From contig CP136572.1 in NCBI GenBank assembly GCA_035193785.1, positions 2,964,578-3,028,577 on the forward strand: a stretch of DNA of 64,000 nucleotides, in the 5' to 3' direction. Source of the stretch: Planktothrix sp. GU0601_MAG3. GTDB taxonomy: Bacteria; Cyanobacteriota; Cyanobacteriia; Cyanobacteriales; Microcoleaceae. The notes beneath the pieces were generated by a model. It made no database searches. It saw only the letters and a list, made by a program, of their open reading frames with translations, and had not been told where the DNA came from. This document shows positions 48,971 to 58,347 of this stretch, piece after piece. Position numbers and translations under genes: made by a program. Each line of letters opens with the position of its first letter. Position 1 is the first letter of the stretch.

Positions 48971-50054
48971 ATGACAACCACGATTCAGCAGCGCGAAAGC
49001 GCCTCCATCTGGGACAGGTTCTGTAACTGGGTGACATCCACCAACAACCGGATTTATATCGGTTGGTTCGGTGTTCTGATGATCCCTACCCTGTTAACCG
49101 CCACCATCTGCTACATTATCGCCTTCGTAGCGGCTCCCCCAGTAGACATCGACGGTATCCGTGAACCCGTAGCTGGTTCACTGTTATACGGAAACAACAT
49201 CATCTCTGGTGCAGTTGTTCCTTCCTCTAACGCCATCGGTTTACACTTCTACCCAATCTGGGAAGCAGCCAGCTTAGACGAGTGGCTGTACAACGGTGGC
49301 CCTTACCAGTTGGTGATATTCCACTTCTTCATTGGCATTCTGTGCTACATGGGTCGTGAATGGGAATTATCCTACCGCTTAGGGATGCGTCCTTGGATCT
49401 GCGTCGCCTACTCTGCACCCGTTGCAGCAGCAGCCGCCGTGTTCCTGATCTACCCCATCGGTCAAGGTTCTTTCTCCGACGGTATGCCCTTAGGCATCTC
49501 TGGAACCTTCAACTTCATGTTAGTGTTCCAAGCCGAACACAACATCCTGATGCACCCCTTCCACATGTTGGGAGTTGCGGGAGTATTTGGTGGTAGCTTG
49601 TTCTCCGCCATGCACGGTTTCCTTAGTTACCTCTTCCTTGGTTCGTGAAACCACCGAAGTCGAATCACAAAACTACGGTTACAAATTCGGTCAAGAAGAA
49701 GAAACCTACAACATCGTTGCAGCCCACGGTTACTTTGGTCGTTTAATCTTCCAATATGCCAGCTTCAACAACAGCCGTAGCTTACACTTCTTATTAGGTG
49801 CATGGCCCGTGATTGGGATTTGGTTCACCGCTTTAGGTGTATCCACCATGGCCTTCAACCTGAACGGTTTCAACTTCAACCAGTCGATCATCGACTCTAC
49901 CGGTCGCGTGATCAATACCTGGGCTGATGTGTTAAACCGGGCTAACCTGGGTATGGAAGTCATGCACGAGCGCAACGCTCACAACTTCCCCTTAGACTTA
50001 GCTTCTGGTGAATCTGCTCCTGTGGCTTTGGTTGCTCCTCAAATTAATGGTTAA
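48971..50054 (+). CDS. psbA: Photosystem II D1 protein, Glu130 (D1:2/high-light type) (apparent frameshift at 49617-49621)
   Basis: MTTTIQQRE..., [34 protein letters not shown] (restored), [13 protein letters not shown] plus C-terminal extension. Confidence 0.97.
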
Positions 50055-50073
50055 TTCTTAACCTAAATAAATA

Positions 50074-50106
50074 CAAAAGACGCTCTCCGCCAGGGGGGCG
50101 TTTTTT
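50074..50106 (+). terminator. Intrinsic terminator after psbA
   Basis: GACGCTCTCC-GCCA-GGGGGGCGTT-TTTT. Confidence 0.85.
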
Positions 50107-50141
50107 GCTGTTTAATTTTTTTGTGGTTTAATTTTTTACGG

Positions 50142-50700
50142 TCATTGAGCGTTAAATACATCTTCATAAACTTGCGCCATTGTTAGTGTTAACCCAACAG
50201 ATTCTAAGATTAAATCATCTTGTTGTCCTAGGATTTGTACTGTCCAATTACCTTGATCATCTTGACGATAAACTTCGACTTGGATTTGGTCTTGAGAAAT
50301 TAGAACATATTCTTTTAAACTTTCTAAGGTTTGATAGTTGATTAATTTTTCCCGTCTATCGGTGGTTTCTGTGCTTTCTGATAGAACTTCAATAATTAAA
50401 TTGGGTTGGGTTTTGAAATATCTATGATTATCTTGGGGGTTACAAGTTACCAGTAAGTCAGGATAATAAAAAATATCATCTTGAACTTTAACTTTCATAT
50501 CCGACACAAACACCCGACAAGAACTTCCCCGCAGATGGGGACGCAATAAGGAAACTAATATTCACAACAATAATATTATGTTCCTCACTCGCACCCGCCA
50601 TCGCAAATACATAACCACCGACGTATTCATGGCGAGTTTGACTGTTGGCTTCGGCGTTTAGATAGTCTTCAACGGTAAATAGGGGTAAAGGAGATCGCAT
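50142..50700 (-). CDS. Uma2/DUF820 PD-(D/E)XK endonuclease family (apparent frameshift at 50551-50555)
   Basis: RHEYVGG..FAMAGAS, YYPDLLV, IIEVLSEST, LKEYVLISQD. Confidence 0.9.
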
Positions 50701-50819
50701 TTTTTATTCCTCGTAATTATTTTTTATAAACATTCTATTAAAATTAGAAAATTATACTATAGCACTACGGATTACAGTGTTTGACACTTCTAAATCCTGA
50801 AACCCTTTCCCTGTGCCCT

Positions 50820-52200
50820 TTAACTTAACTTCTGTTTAATATAGCATTGGAAAATTGGATTTAATCGAAAGAGCGATCGCCCTTCTCCTTCTACTTTTTC
50901 GATTAAATTATATCGAATTAATAATTGTATCGCTTGCAAGAATTGAGATTTTGACAATTTAATATTAGCAGGTTTTTCGGAAATATTAACGGGTTGATCT
51001 TGAGTTGCTAACCAATATATTACTTGTTCTTCTGATTCCGACAAACATTTTAAGTGAGATTCCAAAGCGGGTTCTAAATCCCCTAAATAGATATCATTTT
51101 GCTGGGCTAAAAATAGGGAAACGCTACCATTAAAGAGTTCAATAATTGTTGAAGTGATAATCTTTAACCACCTGGGATGACCTTGATAGATTGTAATTAA
51201 TTCTAACCAATTTTCCTGATCAATTAATCCTTTTTCCTTGAATATTTCTGTTGCTTCTTCTCCTAATCCTTTCAAGTTTAAAGTTTGTGTGGATCTATTT
51301 TCTGTTTCCAAATTGACGATTTCTATGGGTTTTGTCCAACTCAGGAGAATTAAACAACTTTGATGGGGAGATGTGGCAATTTGTTTAAAAAATTGACTAT
51401 AATCTTCATATTCAGGTAAATATTTACCTGCTAATTCACCCGTTTTAAAAATATCCTGTAGGTCATCAAGAATCACTAAACAGCGAGAGTTACGAAAATA
51501 ATCAATAACTGTAGATAAGGGGGTTGGTTGAGATTGAGAAAAAAATTGTTTGAGTTTCGGTTTGTAGGGTTGAAAGGGTAGGAATATTATTAAGACTTTT
51601 CCAGATAATATAATCAAATTGTGTATTAATTTCTTCAATGAGTTTAATGGCGATCGCACTTTTTCCAATTCCACTTAATCCATAAATGGTAATTAAGCGA
51701 GTATGGTCTTTTAATATCCATTGTTTGAGGGTAGTTAATTCTGAGGTGCGATCGTAAAAGGTTGTTAATTCTGGTGCTTCTATTAAATTGATGATTGTTG
51801 ATTGATTTTTGGTTTGGGATGTTTCTGGGGGAGATTGCGATCGCGTTTGTGTATTTTTAATATTTTTGATAAATTGATTACAAATATTAATATCAATTTC
51901 TTGTAATAAACAGTCGCCTGAATTAGAAACTTGAGAAACTCTATATTTTTTCTCTACCTTAGAACGAAAATTAAACTTCTTCAGGTCTTGTCCTAAATCT
52001 TCACCAAGCTTTTCCCATAACTTAGCAGCTTCTTTTTTAATGTGAGATTCACTACAATTATAATCTTTAGCGATTTGAGGATATTTTTTTCTGTCCCAAA
52101 CACCTGTTAATATTGCTTCCTGTATCGGTGTGAGATTTTCTCCAGTTTTATCAAAAATCAAGTTATCCGCCCACTGTAACACATCCTCAACATTTTTCAT
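50820..52200 (-). CDS. N-terminal HTH + NB-ARC STAND ATPase + wHTH, no WD40/TPR sensor (apparent frameshift at 51554-51558)
   Basis: LTPIQEAILTGVW..YPQIA HTH, FYDRTSEL, YGLSGIGKS, LVILDD, YQGHP. Confidence 0.85.
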
Positions 52201-52456
52201 CAGTAGACACAGATAGATATTGTTTGTAATGTATCCTACCGAATCCCACTTTGTCAACCGAATTGTACTGAATCCTACTAAATTGGTTCGGGATGGTTAA
52301 AAAAATTGGGTGCTGAATCCGACTGTTTTGAGTTGTTACATCTAAATGCTAGGCAATACAATTAAGCAAGCCAGTCAATCTAGCCTAACGAAGATGGGGA
52401 TTAGATTGATAACAAACGGAATGACAACCAGATCGGATAGCAAAAGGATAAAATCA

Positions 52457-52654
52457 ATGCACAAATTTCCAGCTTGTCCTAATTGTGGAAGAACAATCAA
52501 AAACGAATTATTCTCCGGTGCTTACTTCAACGTCTATCAATGCAAAAAATGTAACAGTTTCTTCTGCAAAGAATGTGGATATAACTCTGGTAAAGATTGT
52601 CCCAGTTGTGGTCACACGGAAAAAAGAGTAGGTGGAGAAGTTTACGCCAGATAA
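52457..52654 (+). CDS. Small Cys-rich protein with 4 CxxC motifs (double zinc ribbon)
   Basis: MHKFPACPNC...CKKC...CKEC...CPSC; AAGGA RBS upstream. Confidence 0.7.
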   Translation: MHKFPACPNCGRTIKNELFSGAYFNVYQCKKCNSFFCKECGYNSGKDCPSCGHTEKRVGGEVYAR

Positions 52655-52782
52655 GGGGTGATTACGCCTGTTTAAGTAGGTAGGCGTAATTAAACCTAAC
52701 TATGTAGATCAGGAAAACCCTTGCTGTAAGTTTTAAATTTATCCTGAACGTAAATAAATTAAGATTATTTTGGAAGATATTT

Positions 52783-53658
52783 ATGGGTTATATCATAGCT
52801 TTGATCTTTATCGTGCTCATGGTGTATGGCTTATTTAGTATTTATGAGGACGAACAAAAACGGCAGGCAGAACAACAACGTCAGGCAGAACAACAAAAAT
52901 ATAAGGAAGAACAACAACAACGTCAGGCTGAACAACAAAGTCAGCAACAACAACGTCAGGCAGAAGAAGAAAGGCGGGAATATCGGCGTAAGCAAGAAGA
53001 AGAACTAAATCGTGCAAAACATGAAATTTTGTTGCTCCTAGATAAAATTGAAAAACTATTAGCATCAGGAAAATGGGAAGAAGCTAATTACCAAACAGCT
53101 TATATTTATCGTAACCTAAACATAAAGCAGGCTTTAAAAATACTACAGGAGGAAGACGTAAAAACAGGTCGTTTTGATCAGGAAGTAGCAAATGCAGGTG
53201 GTAGAATTGGTCAACTATGGGTCAAATATAGTGGTGGTCGCTTTGGATTTAGCGTGCAACAAAAATTATTACAAAAATTAGTACAAGAAGTCTACTCCTT
53301 TGACGACCACCTAAATAAGATTGGATTATCGGTCTCTGAATGGAATGAAATCCGCACACGATACGTTAATGGTAACGGGCATGGTGGTGACGACGAGGAA
53401 GCAAATAAGCAATATGCTTATTATAACAGTTCTTATGAGAACTATATCAGGAATGCTTTGTATGATAAAATTGGTTGGGTAAATATAAGGGAATATAATG
53501 ACATTATTTTTAACCTTCAAGCACCTGTAGGTCATCTTCCCTTTATATTTTTCTACCTTGACAATGGAAACCCTAAAGATAGACAAAAAGACACCTTGGT
53601 GGGGTTGGGGAATGTGGGTATGGTGAAGCGAAAAGGCGATTGCCGACAACAAAAATGA
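52783..53658 (+). CDS. TM-anchored, Gln-rich coiled-coil + GUN4-domain protein
   Basis: LLASGKWEEAN, LWVKYSGGRFGFSVQ, KIGW, APVGHLP. Confidence 0.85.
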   Translation: MGYIIALIFIVLMVYGLFSIYEDEQKRQAEQQRQAEQQKYKEEQQQRQAEQQSQQQQRQAEEERREYRRKQEEELNRAKHEILLLLDKIEKLLASGKWEEANYQTAYIYRNLNIKQALKILQEEDVKTGRFDQEVANAGGRIGQLWVKYSGGRFGFSVQQKLLQKLVQEVYSFDDHLNKIGLSVSEWNEIRTRYVNGNGHGGDDEEANKQYAYYNSSYENYIRNALYDKIGWVNIREYNDIIFNLQAPVGHLPFIFFYLDNGNPKDRQKDTLVGLGNVGMVKRKGDCRQQK

Positions 53659-53750
53659 TTTTTTATCGTTTCAAAGTTCTACCTTGAAATACTAATCCTA
53701 GAGCGATCGCTTTTATTGATAGAAAAGAAGCGATCGCTCTCTATTTTAAC

Positions 53751-53975
53751 TCACCGTGACTCCAGCATTTCCTCAACTGTCAAGCCAATATCAATTGCAA
53801 TCTGCCGAAGCAATCTAGGTGATATATCACGTCCTTTATGAAAAGGAACAGTCGTTCCTCGTCCATCTTCGTGACGGAACTGCTTATGTGACCCTTTTTG
53901 ACGCACCTCTACAAACTCAAGGTTCTCTAGTATGCGAACTATTTCCTGTGGTTTTAGAACTGGAATATTGCTCAT
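53751..53975 (-). CDS. hicA: HicA family toxin
   Basis: RQKGSHKQFRH..GRGTTVPFH. Confidence 0.9.
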   Translation of the reverse strand: MSNIPVLKPQEIVRILENLEFVEVRQKGSHKQFRHEDGRGTTVPFHKGRDISPRLLRQIAIDIGLTVEEMLESR

Positions 53976-53978
53976 AAT

Positions 53979-54188
53979 TTATCGGATCACAATCTGTTGT
54001 GTCCCTATAAATTCTGTCTCAATAACGAGATCATCATCTTCTAGGAGCATCTCAATTACCTCACGCAGATTCTCCTGTAACTCATCCAATGTTTCTCCCT
54101 GAGAATGTGCGCCAGGAAACCCAGGAATATAACCAACGTAAAGATTGGTATCAGAATCTTTTTCGATTATAGCAGTAAATGTTTTCAT
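53979..54188 (-). CDS. hicB: HicB family antitoxin (short form, no DNA-binding domain)
   Basis: YVGYIPGFPGAHSQGETLDEL..NLREVI. Confidence 0.88.
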   Translation of the reverse strand: MKTFTAIIEKDSDTNLYVGYIPGFPGAHSQGETLDELQENLREVIEMLLEDDDLVIETEFIGTQQIVIR

Positions 54189-54280
54189 AAGATTTGCTTT
54201 TGATATTGCTGATGTAAAAGGGTAAGCTGATTCACAATAGCCAAATTCAAAATTGGTGAAGTATTACTAACTACGGGCAT
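54185..54280 (-). pseudogene. N-terminal fragment of a DUF3368-type PIN toxin, truncated at hicB
   Basis: MPVVSNTSPILNLAIVNQLTLL... stops after 31 aa. Confidence 0.7.
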
Positions 54281-54518
54281 AAGTCAAATCATCATTTAAT
54301 TCTTCTGGTGTGTAGTGTCGTAAAACTCCACGCTCTCCCAATAGTTGCCCAAATTCATATTTATCCATAACAGCCAGTTCTCGTGCTTTACCAAAGGATA
54401 ATAGATATTGGGTATAGAGAGCGATCGCTAATTCTTGTCGTAATTCCTGTTCAACACGCTGTTCTGGTAAACGAATTGCTTGTAAAACAGAATCAGAAAT
54501 TGAAATTTGTATTCCCAT
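54267..54518 (-). CDS. UPF0175 family antitoxin-like protein
   Basis: ELAIALY...LSFGKARELA..DKYEF...L. Confidence 0.85.
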   Translation of the reverse strand: MGIQISISDSVLQAIRLPEQRVEQELRQELAIALYTQYLLSFGKARELAVMDKYEFGQLLGERGVLRHYTPEELNDDLTYARS

Positions 54519-54711
54519 ATTCGTTTATTATCAATAAATTTAAGGTAAGAGTTAAAATTGTATTCTATCATTTCCTGGTTCTATTTGGAACTGCTATAAT
54601 CATATAAAAATCGACTTTAATGACCTACAACGGGAGCTTGAGCGTGGCTGATTCTTTTCTCTGGTCATTCCCTGTCTTCAGTAGAAACCCAATTACAAGA
54701 TTAAGAAACAA

Positions 54712-55201
54712 ATGAATCAAAAATATAAACTATATCTTGATGTTTGTTGCTTAAACCGTCCTTTTGATAACTGGTCACAGGAGAGAAATCGCTTAGAAGG
54801 TGAAACAATTTTATCAATTTTTGAAAGAATTGTAGCTAAGGAACGAACGGGAACTAATTTCTAGTGAAGCGATTGAAGCAGAACTATTAAAAATGAAGAA
54901 CCTGGATAAACTACAGAATATTCAAGAATTGTTAAGTTTAGCCACAACCTCTATAATGCTTAATAGTAGTATCGATCAGCGTTCCCAAGATCTAGAAAAT
55001 TTAGGATTTGGACTCTATGACTCATTTCACATTGCTTGTGCTGAAATAGCTGGAGTAGATGTGTTGCTGACAACAGATGATCGGTTGCTAAACCGAGTAA
55101 CTCGTTATATTGATCATCTTAACGTTGCCATCTCAAATCCTGTAATTTGGCTAATGTCTGTTTTTCAAACTGAAGGAGAATCTAACTATGACATCCCTTG
55201 A
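54712..55201 (+). CDS. PIN-domain toxin, interrupted by a 4-bp GAAC duplication at ~54841-54848
   Basis: KLYLDVCCLNRPFD N-terminus; DSFHIACAE, LLTTDDRL C-terminus. Confidence 0.8.
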
Positions 55202-55391
55202 ACTTCGAGAAAAAGGCTATCAAGTCCTAGTTGAAAACTTAGGTCAAGTTGCTACCCTTCGCTTTCTACAAGAATTTGGCTGGGGACGAGGTGACTATAC
55301 AAAAGAGAGAGAAACTTCCATAAAACAGGTAACACGGGAAACATTTTGGCAAGATGTTGCTACCCTTCGTGCAAAGAAAAACAAGCAATAA
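55188..55391 (+). CDS. Small putative antitoxin partner of the PIN protein
   Basis: ELREKGYQVLVENLG...RFLQ...GRGDYTKER; overlaps the PIN gene stop. Confidence 0.75.
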   Translation: MTSLELREKGYQVLVENLGQVATLRFLQEFGWGRGDYTKERETSIKQVTRETFWQDVATLRAKKNKQ

Positions 55392-55739
55392 ATGACAATA
55401 TCTTTTTGCTATTTGCTTGTCGCTCGTTTCAAGATTCTACCTTAAAACCCTAATCCTAGAGCGATCGCATTTATTGATATAAAAGAAGCGATCGCTCTCC
55501 ATTTTAAGTTACCGCGACTCCAACATTTCCTCAACTGTCAAGCCAATATCAAATGACTCACCATGGGGTCACAACAATTTTAGCCCAGCCTTAACTTTTA
55601 TTGTACACTTATAGCCGTCAGTAGTTCATGGCTTTTCGCCAGAAAGAGCCGACTATGGGGTGGGTTGACAAATATTATCTTAAAAGCCATCTCAAAAATA
55701 GAGTCAAACTTTAAAATTCACCAGAACAAATCGTTGTTT

Positions 55740-57127
55740 ATGTTTCCATTTATTCCTACATTTATTTTAGCAGAAGTAATTACCATTCCTCCCCCCAACA
55801 CGGGAAAACGATATATTACCCAAGGGCAGGAAATTCGGGTTTTACCAGGACAATTGAATGAAATTCCGGTATTTAATAGTAATAGTCCTGAAGTAGTTCA
55901 AGGGGAAGGAATTTTATTATCTACCTTTCCCCAAACAGCTAAAAAATTTCCAAACGCCCACCTGAATGTTCCCATTAGTGGACAGTTTGATTTTTTTTCC
56001 CATCATATTGCTCGTCCGATTAATAAACAACAAATCTTATATCAGGGCGTATTGGTTTATAACCCCAGTTTCTCGACCCGTGACCCTGAATATTCTGCAA
56101 GGGATTAGTTATGTAACCTCACCGGACGCACCCTTTATAGAACTACCATCTCTGGTAGAAGACCCCCAGGGTCGGGTATTTTCGGGGCCAGGGTCACGGA
56201 TGGCGGGGGATGTTTTGCGGGGAAGACATCAACGCAACTTTCCCGAACAAATCATAATTCCGCCCCAACAAACCCAGGTGTTGTTTAGTTTACCCATCCC
56301 AACGGCCAGCGCCCGTTCCACCCTACTCCGATTACAAAGTAATGGCCCTGTACACCTAGCCAATTTAGTGCGGTTTAACTCCCCAATTAATTCTCCGATG
56401 ATTCCCAGTATCCCACGGTTGTCTATATCTGGGTTTTTACCCCCACAAATCCCAGTTTTAGCCCCATGGCAGGATTTTTTAAATACGGGAAAACTGGCTG
56501 AACCCAGAGATGTGATCCCAACCTCGGGGGATAATGTCTACACGGGAGAAAAGGTTTATGGTCGCGTGGCGGGGGTGTCTGTAGGTTCCCAATGGACGGG
56601 GACAGTGGTAGACCGTCCGGGGATGAATTATTTAACCATTCCCGATCGGGGGTCGGCTTTTTCCTATCCTTTAAGTACGGTATCAACGGCAACATTAGGA
56701 ACCCAGCAGGTTCAAAGCGCACCCCTGTTAGCTCGTTATTCTGATACGGCTCTGCGTGCCCATGGTAATTATGGGGTGCGTTATAGCCTCACTTTACCCC
56801 TATATAATTCTACCCAACAATCCCAAACGGTGAGTTTATCAATTCAAACTCCCTTTAAACAAAATGTGGCATCTAATCGGTTAACCTTTATTGAACCCCC
56901 CCAGGGACAAATATTTTTTCGCGGGACGGTGCGACTAAGTTACGTTGATGATTTTGGACAAAACCAACAGCGTTATTTTCACCTAGTCCAACGCCAGGGA
57001 CAACGGGGGGAGGGGTTAGTCAGCTTAAATTTACCTGCGGGGGGTTTCCCGTGCTGTGGGAGTGGAGTTGATTTATCCCCCCGATGCGACTCCGCCCCAA
57101 GTATTAACGGTAAAAACTTTAGACTAG
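55740..57127 (+). CDS. DUF3370 family protein (apparent frameshifts at 56068-56072 and 57044-57048)
   Basis: PVFNSNSPEVV, GILLSTFP, YGRVAGVS, AHGNYGV, FFRGT; C-terminal YPPDATPPQVLTV restored. Confidence 0.85.
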
Positions 57128-57201
57128 GAGTGGAAACTGACCCTTATTTGGCTCTAAAATGAAGCACTATAATTAGGATATTTAATCCCGAGGAAAAAAT
57201 A

Positions 57202-58131
57202 ATGACTCAAAAATATAGATTGGTTACCCGTAGCGATTTTGATGGTTTAGTCTGTGCGGTGCTTTTAAAAGATTTGGAGATGATTGATGAAATTAAATTT
57301 GTCCATCCTAAAGATATGCAGGATGGCAAAATAGAAATTAATAATCAGGATATTACCACGAATTTACCCTATGTTGAGGGGGTTCATCTTGCCTTTGATC
57401 ATCATTTTAGTGAAACCCTTCGCAACCCTTCTATTGATCAAAATTATATTATTGATCCCAAGGCGGCTTCGGCGGCTAGGGTTTTATATAATTACTATGG
57501 CGGAAAGGCTAAATTTCCTAATATTTCTGAGGAAATGATGGAGGCGGTGGATAAGGCAGATTCCGCCCAATTTAATCGGGAAGAAGTGTTAAATCCTGAA
57601 GGCTGGGTGTTATTAAACTTTCTGATGGATGCTCGAACTGGATTGGGAAGATTTCGAGATTTTCGGATTTCTAATTATCAACTGATGATGGAGTTAATTG
57701 ATTATTGCAAAAACCATCCGATTGCTGATATTTTACAGCTTCCTGATGTTAAGGAGCGAGTAGAAATTTATTTTGAACATGAAGAAAATTTTAAAGAACA
57801 ACTGAAACGCTGTTCCCAAGTGCATCAAAACTTAGTGATTTTAGATTTACGTTTTGAAGATATTATTTATGCGGGAAATCGGTTTATGATTTACGCTTTG
57901 TTCCCGGAATGTAATATTTCTATCCATGTTTTATGGGGAGTTAAACAACAAAATACGGTGTTTGCTGTAGGGAAATCTATTTTTCAGAAAACCTCTAAAA
58001 CTAATATTGGAGAATTGATGTTAAAGTATGGGGGTGGGGGTCATGAAAATGCTGGAACTTGCCAAATTGATAATGATCAGGCTCCGCACATTTTAGAGGA
58101 ATTAATTGCTCGCATTAATCAGGACGGTTAA
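57202..58131 (+). CDS. DHH-family phosphoesterase (nanoRNase/exopolyphosphatase-like)
   Basis: TRSDFDG, FDHH, GGGGHENAGTCQ. Confidence 0.85.
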   Translation: MTQKYRLVTRSDFDGLVCAVLLKDLEMIDEIKFVHPKDMQDGKIEINNQDITTNLPYVEGVHLAFDHHFSETLRNPSIDQNYIIDPKAASAARVLYNYYGGKAKFPNISEEMMEAVDKADSAQFNREEVLNPEGWVLLNFLMDARTGLGRFRDFRISNYQLMMELIDYCKNHPIADILQLPDVKERVEIYFEHEENFKEQLKRCSQVHQNLVILDLRFEDIIYAGNRFMIYALFPECNISIHVLWGVKQQNTVFAVGKSIFQKTSKTNIGELMLKYGGGGHENAGTCQIDNDQAPHILEELIARINQDG

Positions 58132-58347
58132 GTTTAATAGTCTGGTTTCTAGGGATGTTTCATGTTTTAGAATTATTGCCTCGTTTCCGGCTATATAGCA
58201 ATGGACATGGTGATTAGGACAAAATATCAGTCTGTCATTTGGTGCGAAAGCACCGAATCCATGTCCTGAGCGTGGCGAATGCTATAACTTTTAAAACATG
58301 GTAGCTATCCCCATTAATAGGATTAAAAATAAGATAGCAAATCATTC

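Noticed and set aside
48971..50054. Rogue/atypical D1 or a split psbA
   Set aside because: Mn-cluster ligand regions (D170 in SDGMP, E189, H332/E333, D342, A344) are canonical, and the split is a GTTTC insertion.
52783..53658. Genuine gun4 (Mg-chelatase cofactor)
   Set aside because: TM + Gln-rich architecture and island context indicate one of the many GUN4-domain paralogs.
46576..55560. Prophage or integrative element at tRNA-Leu
   Set aside because: No integrase, phage genes or duplicated tRNA 3' end seen.
58192..58286. TATAGCA...TGCTATA-bounded imperfect inverted repeat
   Set aside because: Probably a degenerate small dispersed repeat; too weak to define as an element from this window.
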